A stretch of 64,000 nt of DNA from contig NC_043019.1 of the NCBI RefSeq assembly GCF_006345805.1, positions 3,348,001 through 3,412,000 on the forward strand, written 5' to 3'. Under the pieces are notes generated by a model. It did no database searches and had not been told where the DNA came from. It worked only from the letters and a program-made list of their open reading frames with translations. The translations under genes and the position numbers were made by a program. This document shows positions 12,654 to 24,700 of the stretch, one piece after another (within the stretch, counting starts at the first letter, position 1; every line of letters starts with the position of its first letter). The stretch is from Octopus sinensis. Taxonomy: Eukaryota.

Positions 12654-12930
12654 TTGTTATATTTCGGAATGGTCATTTTGCCAGTTTAGCCAATAAAAAC
12701 ACACGCACTATATATTTGGTGTTACTTTGCTTCAGTGTTATTTATTTTTTACATTAATCTTAATCTTATTTCGGCCAGAGTTCTTTCGTCACACTCCTGT
12801 GACCGCATCAGTGGTCCTTTGTTTTTTGTTTTCTTCTTTCTTGTTTGTGTCTCTCCTTACTAACCGTCAGCCAGCCATTTTGTATTTCTATTGGCTAAAC
12901 TGGCAAAATGACCATTCCGAAATATAACAA
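12654..12930. mobile_element. MITE with perfect ~42-bp TIRs (ttgttatatttcggaatggtcattttgccagtttagccaata); lone TIR at 10597-10638
   Basis: Exact inverted match of the two ends. Confidence 0.8.
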
Positions 12931-12983
12931 TATCTGTTTCAACACACGACTTCACATAAAAAATCTTGCACAACAGGAATGCA

Positions 12984-13157
12984 ATAGGCGCAGGAGTGGC
13001 TGTGTGGTAAGTAGCTTGCTAACCAACCACATGGTTGCGGGCTCAGGCCCACTGCGTGGCATCTTGGGCAAGTGTCTTCTGCTATAGCCCTGGGCCGACC
13101 AATGCCTTGTGAGTGGATTTGGTAGACGGAAACTGAAAGAAGCCTGTCGTATATATG

Positions 13158-13188
<31 letters not shown>

Positions 13189-13398
13189 GTGTGTCTGTGT
13201 TTGTCCCTCTAGCATTGCTTGACAACCGATGCTGGTGTGTTTACGTCCCCCGTCACTTAGTGGTTCGGCAAAAGAGACCGATAGAATAAGTACTGGGCTT
13301 ACAAAAGAATAAGTCCCGGGGTCGATTTGCTCGACTAAAAGGCGGTGCTCCAGCATGGCCACAGTCAAATGACTGAAACAAGTAAAAGAGTAAAAGAG
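12984..13398 (+). mobile_element. tRNA/CORE-like SINE-A, full length; other copies at 21769-22143(+), 26538-26958(-), 27475-27880(+), 29394-29815(-), 39538-39905(+), 60958-61378(+), 62845-63270(+), plus many halves
   Basis: A box tggctgtgtggt, B box gggttcagtccc, CORE-like ccttgggcaagtgtctt, internal (TA)n(TG)n, (taaaagag)n tail. Confidence 0.9.
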
Positions 13399-13670
13399 AG
13401 TAGAGAGTATATATATATATGTATGTGTGTGTTTGTGTGTCTGTGTTTGTCCCCCTAGCGTTGCTTGACAACCGATGCTGGTGTGTTGATAGAATAAGTA
13501 CTGGGCTTACAAAGAATAAGTCCCGGGGTCGATTTGCTCGACTAAAAGGCGGTGCTCCTGCATGGCCACAGTCAAATGACTGAAACAACTAAACGAGAGT
13601 AACAAATATATAAACGTACTTACTAAACATTTTTCTTTCTTTTTTACTATTCCAGCCAGGGGCATCAACA

Positions 13671-13814
13671 ATGAACTTCATTGACAAAACTCCGGAAAGT
13701 GCCAGCGAGCAGAAATATTCCATCCAGAAACTATCACTATATATCGACAAATTTTTGAAGGTGCTAGAAATCGATTTAGGAAGGTTGCATCAACATCGAC
13801 GCAATATAGAAAAG
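13671..13814 (+). CDS. STX17: STX17 coding exon 1 (MNFIDK...RRNIEK)
   Basis: ATG at 13671; donor AAG|gtattg; upstream pyrimidine tract with tandem acceptors cagccag (13655/13659). Confidence 0.9.
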
Positions 13815-16800
13815 GTATTGGTTTTTCAAGTTCTATGTTTCACAAGGCTTTTAGTTATTCTCTCTCTCTCTCCCTCGCTGTCAAATGGCTTGTGCCTCCA
13901 TTTGAGTTTATGTTATGTTCTTATTTGAGTATAGAGTATCATCATCATCGTCGTTGTCGTTTAACGTCCGCTTTCCATGCTAGCATGGGTTGGACGGTTT
14001 GACTGTGGGCTGGCGAACCAGATGGCTGCACCATCTATTCACAAGGCTTTGGTTGACCTGAGGCTATAGTAGAAGACACTTACCAAGGTGCCGCGCAGTG
14101 GGACTGAACCCGGAACCATATGGTTGGGAAGGAAGCTTCTTACCACACAGCCATATACGACAAGCTTGTTTTTGTATCCTTGTACCAAATCCACTCTCAA
14201 GTGACTGGTTGGCCCGATCATATAGTAGAAGACACTTACCCAAGGTGCTGCGCAGTGGGACTGAACCTGAAACCATTTGGTTGGGAAGCAAACTTCTTAC
14301 CACACAGCCATATATCACAGGCTTGTTTTTGTATCCTTGTACCAAATCCACTTTCAAGTGCCTGGTTGGCCTGAGGGTATAGTAGAAGACACTTGCCTAA
14401 GGTGCCACGTAGTGGTACTGAACCCGGAACCATATGGTTGGCAAGCAAGCTTCTTACCACACAGCCATATATCACAGGCTTGTTTTTGTATCCTTGTACC
14501 AAATCCACTCTCAAGTGACTGGTTGGCCCGAGCGTATAGTAGAAGACACTTACCCAAGGTGCCACGCAGTGGGACTGAACCCGGAACCATATGGTTTGGA
14601 AGGAAGCTTCTTACCACACAGCCATATATCACAGGCTTGTTTTTGTATCCTTGTGCCAAATCCACTCTCAAGTGACTGGTTGGCCCCGAGTGTATAGTAG
14701 AAGACACTTACCCAAGGTGCCACGCAGTGGGACTGAACCTGGAACCTTTTGGTTGGGAAGGAAGCTTCTTACCTTACAGCCATATACGACAGGCTTGTTT
14801 TTGTATCCTTGTACCAAATCCACTCTCAAGTGCCTGGTTGGCCCGAGCGTATAGTAGAAGACACTTACCCAAGGTGCCGCGCAGTGAGACTGAACCCGGA
14901 ACCATTTGGTTGGGAAGGAAGCTTCTTACCACGCATCCATATATGACAGGCTTGTTTTTGTATCCTTGTACCAAGTCCACTCTCAAGTGACTGGTTGGCC
15001 CGAGTGTACAGTAGAAGACACTTACCCAAGGTGCCACGCAGTGGGACTGAACCCGGAACCATTTGGTTGGGAAGCAAGCTTCTTACCACACAGCCATATA
15101 TGACAGGCTTGTTTTTGTATCCTTGTACCAAATCCACTCTCAAGTGACTGGTTGGCCCAAGGCTATAGTAGAAGAGACTTGCCCAAGGCGCCACGCAGTG
15201 GGACTGAACCGGGAACCATATGGTTTGGAAGGAAGCTTCTTACCACACAGCTACTCCTTTCTCATTCACATTTTTACTACAGTCATTGAAACACTGATCT
15301 CACATGTTTGGACTCACCTGCATATAGGATGGGCTTTGTCCTTTCCTGTCACAAACTGAAAGTAAAAAATAGAAACTGTAGCAAGGTGAGTTTTGCGTTT
15401 TGCTCGTTAAACAATATCTATAGTTATAACTTACTCGTGACCACCGTATTGCTCAATTGTCCTACATTTTACCAGTCTTGAGTTTAACCACACAGTCATG
15501 CCTGTGTAAACCTTATGAATGCAAGTTATTTAAATGCCAGCCAGTTGAATACCAAGAGCTTGAGGGATGTAAACTGGACGATTTTTTTCCATACATTTTC
15601 AATAGCAACTAATGTAAAACATTAATAATCATTATCATCATCGTTTAACGTCCGTTCTCCATGCTAGCATGGGTTGGACGGTTCGACCGGGGATCTGGGA
15701 AGCCAGAAGGCTGCGCCAGGCTCCAGTCTTATCTGGCAATATTTCTACAGCTGGATGTTCTTCCTAACGCCAACCACTCCGTGAGTGTAGTGGGTGCTTT
15801 TAATAATAATAATAATAATAATAATAATGATAATAATAATCATCATCATCATCATCATTGTTTAATGTCCGCTTTCCATGCTAGCATGGGTTGGACGATT
15901 TGACTGAGGGCTGGAGAACCAGATGGCTGCACCAGGCTCCAATCTTGATTTGGCAGGGTTTCTACAGCTGGATGCCCTTCCTAACGCCAACCACAAAAAG
16001 TGGGTGCTTTTTACGTGCCACCGGCCCGGGGGTCCAGTCAGGTAGTACTGGCAATGACCTTGCTCGAATCTTTTTACACATGCCACCAGCACAGGTACCA
16101 GTAAGGCGACGTTGGTAACGATCACGCTCGAATGGTGCCCTTTTACTTGCCACAGGCACGGAGCCAGTTGGCTGCTCTGGCAACGACCACGCTCGGATGG
16201 TGCTCTTGGCACCCTACTAGCATGGGCACAAGTCCCAGTAAGGCAATGCTGGTAGCGATCACACCCGAATGGTGCCTTTTATGTGCCACTGGCAATAATA
16301 ATAATAATAATAATAATAATCCACATCATCGTTTAATGTCTGCTTTCCATGCTAGCATGGGTTGGATGATTTGACTGAAGTCTGGCGAACCAAATGCCTG
16401 CACCAGACTCCAATATGATATGGCCAAGTTTCTACAGCTGGAGCAGTGGGGGACTAGTTGATTTCATTGACCCCCAGTATTTCACTGGTATGGTACTTAA
16501 TTTAGCAACCCCTGAAAGGGGAAAAAAAAGGAGTAGTCAACGTCATCAGAATTTGAAATCAGAACATAAAGAGAGAGGAATAATAATGATTTCATTCATT
16601 TTTTTTTCTATTTTTAACTACCCACAAGGGGCTAAACACAGAGGAGACAAACAAGGACAGACAAACGGATTAAGTCGATTACATCGTTCCCCAGTGCGTA
16701 ACTGGTACTTATTTTATCGACCCCGAAAGGATGAAAGACAAAGCCGACCTCAGCGGAATTTGAACCCAGAATGTAACCGCAGACGAAATACCTATTTCTT

Positions 16801-18743
16801 TACTACCCACAAGGGGCTAAACACAGAGGAAGACAAACAAGGACAGACAAATGGATTAAGTCGATTACATCAACCCCAGTGCATAACTGGTACTTAATTT
16901 ATCGACCCCGAAAGGATGAAAGGCAAAATCGACCTTGGCAGAATTTGAACTCAGAACGTAGCGGGAGATGAAATACCGCAAAGCATTTCGCCCGGTGTGC
17001 TAACGTTTCTGCCAGCTTGCCTCCGAATGATTTCATTCATTTGCCACTAGGGTGAAGGATGAGGGGTACAATACAAAGACAGATAAAAAGTGTTGGGGTT
17101 TACATATAATGAAATGATAAAATAATTAAATAAGGAACAGAAAAAAATGTAAGTATACATGGTATGACAATATGTCAAGGACAACAAATTGACAAGTTAT
17201 TGACAGGCATAGATTCCATGAGCAATGTTTTATTTCTTTTTGTTTTTTTGATAACTTAACCAGCCGAGGAATGACGGCAGACATAGACCTTGACAGGCCC
17301 CCCCAAAGATTGTTGGGAGGGAGTTGTCCTCTGTCCAGGGCCTGGGCCTCAATGCTTGCTACAGTGAGAACCCAGTTAGATATACAGGGTGGCCCAAAAG
17401 TAGGTTTACAGTTACTGAACTACCTCTTTCACATTCATATATTAACAGTTTAGATCTTAATTATAAGAATAATATGAACAATTATTCTATGCTAATTTAG
17501 TTAATTTTGTCAAGCTCCCTTTTCAGTTTGTAAGATAGAAATTTAAATGTAATAAAATGTTTCAAAAGAAATTTAAAGTGCCAAAGGCGGCAAGCTGGCA
17601 GAAGCGTTAGCACACCAGGCGAAATGCCTTTTGTAGAAAGGTTTATTATTATTATTATTCAATAGTTTTCTTTTTATTGGGTGCTTTCACTTCACTACCG
17701 AGCGCAGCTCTGTGTGCCTTGGATATGTGCTGTGGTTTGCTGTGATGCTCTGATGGTTACTGTATTGAAAGTGTTTTGCGTAGGATGTGCGCAGTGCCCA
17801 GTAGTGCAATTTTCTGTATGTTATATATATATTTGTAAGTCCTGGTGTTTTTGTCATGTATTTGTCTGAAAATTTTTTATCATGCCTAATGCGCCTACTA
17901 TGATAGGAATTGTTTCTGTTTTTAGATTCCACATTCGAGTGATCTCTGTTTTCAGGTCTTTGTAGTTTGAAAGTTTCTCCATTTCTTTTAGAGACATGTT
18001 ATCATCTGCTGGTATTGATACATCAATTAGAAAGCATTTTTTTTCTTCATGATCTCTGACAACTATATCTGGTCTGTTGGCCTTAATTTCTCTATCTGTG
18101 TGTATTGGCATATCCCAGAGTATGGTTGCTTTCTCGTTTTTTGTTACCTTTTCTGGTGTGTGCCTATACCATCTTTTTTCTGTTGTTATTCCATAATGTT
18201 GGCATAGCTTCCAGTGTATGTAGGTCCCAACTGTGAATATATAGGACTGGGCAGCCAGAGATGATTTATTGTTTCTTGTCCATCTCCACATATTCTGCAG
18301 TTACTTGTTATATTTCTTTTCATTACATGTTTTTGGTAATTTCTGGTGGGGAGGCTTTGGTCTTGTGCTGCAATTAAAAATCCTTCTGTCTCTGCTTTGA
18401 GTCCTGAGCTTCTCAACCACTGCAGGGATTTTTCTTTGTCTATTTCTATTGCGTTTAGTTTAGTCCAGTACTTGCCATGAAGGGGCTTTTCTTGCCATCG
18501 TTTTATCATGGTCCATTGCTGTTCTAGTTTTAGTTTTGATTTCATTTGCTTTATAGCTTTTGTTGTGTTTTCTTCTTCTTCTTCTTCTTCATATTTGTTA
18601 GGTGGTATGATTTCTTGTTTGTATTTGTCAGCTTCCTTAAATACTGAGAACAATTTTTTGTTTTGCTCATGTTTTGCCGCTATTTGTATAAGATTTCATT
18701 CCTTCTGAAGTAGGTATTTTTGAAGTAGGTATTTTTGAAGTAG

Positions 18744-18775
<32 letters not shown>

Positions 18776-21700
18776 GTTATCTTCTTCTTTCTCTTCAGTA
18801 TTCTCGGCTGGATGATCTCTACAGTTTGAACAAAGAACAAGTAAATGCAGGTCGTACAGTTCAACAGATTAAAGCAAACATTAAAGAATTGGAGAAAGCC
18901 CGGAGTAGGATAATTGATGAAGACTTATCAAAGTTTGATGCTAAACTGAAGCATGTGAAAGAAAAGGCACTGACTGCCATAACAGAATATATAGATGATG
19001 GCCGGTCAGCTGAGGAAGAAGAATCTGATGGTCAGTATATGTGTGTGTGTGTGTATCCATATATTACTCTTTACTCTTTTATTTGTTTCAATCATTTGAC
19101 TGCGGCCATGCAGGAGCACCGCCTTTAGTCGAGCAAATCGACCCCGGGACTTATTCTTTGTAAGCCCAGTACTTATTCTATCGGTCTCTTTTGCCGAACC
19201 GCTAAGTTACGGGGACGTAAACACACCAGCATCGGTTGTCAAGCAATGCTAGAGGGACAAACACAGACACACAAACATATACATACACATATACATGTCC
19301 CCGTCACTTAGCAGTTCGGCAAAAGAGACCAATAGAATAAGTACTAGGCTTACAAAGAATACGTCCCGGGGTCGGTTTGCTCGACTAAAGGCAGTGCTCC
19401 AGCATGGCCGCAGTCAAATGACTGAAACAAGTGAAAGAGTAGTAAAGAGACAGTAAATTTAATTATTCCACATTTTCTTAATATATTTCTCTTCATTTGT
19501 AACTTTACATTTTTTTGGCATCTTTTCTAGACATTCAGAAATTATTTGAAACGAAAATGTATTTTGTAACTTGTTAAACACACACACACACACACAGACT
19601 GAGACACCCTCGTGAATCTTTGGGGGTTATTTTTCTGATTTTTTGTCATGTTTTCTTAGAACCTCTTCTACCCTGTTCCACCTTCTTCCAATATTCTCTT
19701 CTCATCTCCTTCTTGTTCTTCTCCTTCTTCTCTCCTCCTCCTCCTCAGCTGAAGTCTGTGATAGCATTTTGACTTCTAACCTCATGCAACAGCGACGCCG
19801 GAGTAATGAAACGGATTACATGTCAGAAGAATTTGTACCCCACAGTTTACCTGTGGAACTTGAACGGGGAAGCCATATATCTCAACTGCAGGTTTACAAT
19901 GTTCCACAGGATTCTCAGGCAGCGGAATCGTGGCAGAACTTAAAAGAAGTAAGTCTTCGGCTACAACACTCTACTTATTGTTTCTGCGTTTATTCTATCA
20001 CACTGAACATGTTCACAGCTTCAGTCACTAGATATGTTCACATTCTCATTCATTGAACATGTTCACAACCCCAATCACTGAACATGTTCTCATAGATGGG
20101 ACATATTCACAACCTTCACTGAGTACATTCACAGCTTCATTTATTGACCATTGTTCACAGCTACATAAACCAGGTATATTTACAACCTCATGGATGACGT
20201 ATGTTTACTGATTCATTCACTGAACATTTTCATGGCAGCATATATAAGACATGTTCACAGCCTCATCCAGTGCACATAGCTTCATAACCTTGATATTTTC
20301 TCTGCCTCATTTACTAAACATGTTCATAGTTGCATAGAGTGAATATCTTCACGACCTTTTACATGGAACATGTTCATAACCTCACTCACTAAACATGTTC
20401 ACAGCTTCAGTCAATAGATATGTTCACATTCTCATTCATTGAACATGTTCACAACCCCAGTCACTGAACATGTTCACAGCTTCATTCTCTGGATATGTTC
20501 ACTGTATTGACTGAACGTGTTCACAACCTCACTCACTGAGCATATTCACAGCTTCATTCACTGAATATGTTCACAGACTCATAGACTGGGCATGTTCATC
20601 TCATCCACTGAACACATTCATTGTCTCACAGAGAAGCCATGTTCACAGCCTCATCCACTGAGTTTCGTAGAATGAACAGGTTCACAACCTCATAAAGTGA
20701 ACATTGAACGAACTAAATAAACCTGTTCCACTCATTTGTTCCCATCTTTATTTTATCTGTTTTTGCCGATTAAAATTAAATCAAATAAGTCTCATTACAA
20801 ATCTTTCTTTTTTTGCTTTTTTGATCCCGTTCTCAATTCATTGAGACCCTCACTTTCACTCCACACCATTTTCAACCCAGTTTCACTTCTCTCCAAACCT
20901 AGTAACATGCCTGAGTCAAACATATAATCCATTATATACCATGCCACAGTTTGCTCAGCTGATAAACAGATTTTATGCCCATTCCACAGCTCATTCAATA
21001 GTGATGTGAAAAACAGACAAATACTTCCTCACCTTGTAATAAGTATATTACACTTTGTAGAAATTTCATTTCTGTTTATAACTATTTATGTTTCAGCATT
21101 TAACAGTTACTTTCAATTTTCAAGTATTACATTGCAATGTATAAGAAACTCATATCAATTTTGAACAACTACAGGGTGTCCACAAAGTCTGGGTACACAT
21201 ACTTTAAGACATTATTAGTTCTTATATTTAATTGTTTATGTTATGATTTTATTTACTCCATGTACCCACATGGGGATTAACAATACTTTAAGAAATTATT
21301 ATTTCTTATATTTAATTATGTTATGATTTTATTTACCCCTTGTACCCAGACTTTGTGGACACCCTGTACATTTCAATTTGTAACAATTGCATATGCTCTG
21401 AAAGTTGTACCATGTAACAAATAGATTTTTACTTTGTATTAATTACATTTTATCATGTAGTAATTACATTTTACTTTACACATTTCTTACTTTTTTTTTC
21501 ATATTTTATCTTGTTTTTCCTTTTGTATTTTTCAGAATTTAGTTGATCTTAACCAAATGGTGCATGATTTTTCATCCTTAGTAGAGGTATGTCATAACTA
21601 TATTTATCATAAATACAGGCACATCATAAACTTAACTATCTTAATTAAAAGTTTACCACAGTTATATATTTTGTAACAATATCTATTTTCTGTAGAGACA

Positions 21701-24700
21701 TATCATAATTTTACTTACCTTTAGTTGAGTTATATCACAACTTTATACACTTATCTATCATTAATAATACCAACCACATGGTTCCGGGTTCAGTCCCATT
21801 GCGTGGCACCTTGGGCAAGTGTCTTCTACTATAGCCTCGGACCGACCAAAGCCTTGTGAGTGGAATTGGTAGACGGAAACTGAAAGAAGCCTGTTGTATA
21901 TATGTATATATATATGTGTGTGTGGGTGTGTGTTTGTGTGTCTGTGTTTGTCCCCACCCCACCCCAACATCGCTTGACAAATGATGGTGGTGTGTTTACG
22001 TCTCTGTAACTTAGCGGTTCGGCAAAAGAGACTGATAGAATAAGTACTAGGCTTACAAAGGATAAGTCCTGGGGTTGATTTGCTCAACTAAAGGTGGTGC
22101 TCCAGCATGGCTACAGTCAAATGACTGAAACAAGTAAAAGAGTAATAGAAGCACATCATAGCCTTAACTACCTTTAGTAGAAATATGTTACAGTTATAAT
22201 TATTCTTAAGTTGAGACATATCACAATTATATCTATCTTTAGTAAAAGTTTGTTACCACTCTATCTTTAATAAAAATGTTATTGCTCTATAGTAAAGGTA
22301 TCTTACAACTATATATTTCAGAATCATATCTATCTTTTGTTGAGACATCATAATTTTACCAATCTGTAGTAGAAGTGTATCACAACTTTAAACATTATAT
22401 ATATACTAGCACTATAGTGCTAGTGCATGCATATACAGCTGCATGCGTGCGCATATACACGCGAGTACTGTCCAAATCTCCAACCAATCACGTACAGCTA
22501 GCTGGCATTCAATTGGCGTATCAAGTTTCAGGCATTTTGATTGGGTTTTGGATAGAAAATTCACAAAATAGTCACTTCTATTGATTTCTTTAATGGCTTT
22601 GCGGGGTGACTGGGAAAATGTAAAGATATGCACGACCACACTTGGACGGTTTTGAATGACCATAGAAAGTGCGAGCCCTCTAAGTGAAAAATTGTGGATT
22701 TGTATAAAGGACACACACACACACAAACTTTTTGCCATTTATATATATATGTCAAATTCTATCTCAGTTTTAGTAAAGACAGGTTACAAATTTATGTCTT
22801 AATGTGTTCAGTAGAGATATATCACAAGTGTACTTTTAAAGCTTTAGAAGAGATAGACATGACTGTGTACTTGAGAAGTTCACTTCCCAACAGCATGGTC
22901 CTGGGTTCAGTCCTACAGTATGGCACATTGGGCAAGTGTCTTCTACTTTGACCCTGGGCCAACCAATGCTTTGTGAGTGGATTTGATGGATGGAAACTGT
23001 GTTTGTGTTTGTGTGTGACCAAGGGGAAATATTACCTCATAGGCGCTGGCATAGGCGCTCCGCATATGACACCAGTACGGGTGCTCTTTATGAGGCACCA
23101 GAACAGGTGCTCTTTGTGTGGTATTAGAATGGGTGCTCTGTATGTGACACCGGCACAGTTGCTCTTTATGTGGGACTGGCACGAGTGTCACTTACATGGT
23201 GTCGGCACAGGTGTTTTGTATGTGGTGTTGGCACAGGTGCTTTTTACGTGGCATCAGCAGTGGCATTAAATGAACATTAAAACGATAATGATGACGACCC
23301 TGTCCAGGTCACCAAGCAGTTTACCGGTGTCATTATCTACACAGTTCTACTATTATTGTACTCTGTGTGGGCGTGATGGAGGAAGTCCCACTCATATAAT
23401 TGTGATGGTGGTGGGAGAGTGGCTGGTTTCAGAGCTGATCCGCAGCTTAGTAAAGTGTTGCAGCAAAGGTAAAATTTACAAAATTTAGGGCAGAATCGTT
23501 AGCACGCTGGGTGAAATGCTTAGCAGTATTTCGTCTGCCGCTACGTTCTGAGTTCAAATTCCACCGAGGTCGACTTTGCCTTTCATCCTTTCGGGGTCGA
23601 TTAAATAAGTACCAGTTATGCACTGGGGTTGATATAATTGACTTAATCCGTTTGTCCTCTCTGTGTTTAGCCCCTTGTGGGTAGTAAAGAAATAGGTATT
23701 TCGTATGCCACTACGTTCTAAGTTCAAATTCCGCCGAGGTCGACCTTGCCTTTCATCCTTTCGGGGTCGATTAAATAAGTACCAGTTACGTACTGGGGTC
23801 GATATAATCGACTTAATCCCTTTGTCTGTCATTGTTTGTCCTCTCTGTGTTTAGCCCCTTGTGGGTAGTAAAGAAATAAGAATCGTTTGGACGCCGTACA
23901 AAATGTTTAGCAGCATTTCGTCTGCCATTACGTTCTGAGTTCAAATTCCGCCGAGGTCGACTTTGCCTTTCATCCTTTCGGGGTCGATTAAATAAGTACC
24001 AGTTACGCACTGGGGTCAATATAATCGACTTAATCCCTTTGACTGTCCTTGTTTGTCTTCTCTGTGTTTAGCCCCTTACGGGTAGTAAAGAAACAGGTAA
24101 AATTTACAAAAGACAGGTCACAGCATATCAGTAGGTTTGGGTTATCATGTGTCAGTGAATAAAAGTTTACTTATCAGCAGGATAACATTTAGTGGAGCAG
24201 AATCAATACGGTCCAAGATATTTGTGTGTAGCAGCTGTTTTATCCCAGTTAAACTTAGAGTATAATTGAGTGATCTCAACATTGACAACTAGAGATATTT
24301 ACCTGAGTAAAGTATTTGTGTGTATGTTTGGATGTATATATTTATGTCAGGTCACTTTCGAGTGCTACTGGTAACATGTAACCCAGTACAACTTGTTGCA
24401 TGGTCGGGTCGTCGGCGACTAAACCGGCAACGCCACCAAACTTGCTTGGTGAGGGGGGTGTTTATTGGACACCCTGCGGGATGAAAAACAAAACTCGTCA
24501 AAGGGCGGAGGAACTATTGAGAGTCAACAGCCATCCAATAAATGTCTTAAGGATGTATCATGCGCAGGGACATAGAAATAATTGGACTGAATACCCGATC
24601 GCGCGGTTAGACCATTGGGAGTGAAGGACTCCTAGCCTTTGTTAGGGCATCCTTCTAGGAGAAGGTAACTCAGGTAACTGGGATAACTGACATAAAACCT

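Noticed and set aside
14039-15359. Many overlapping ORFs (MVGK..., MAPW..., DLVQGYKNK...)
   Set aside because: Produced by the 157-bp tandem unit in shifting frames; no coding signature.
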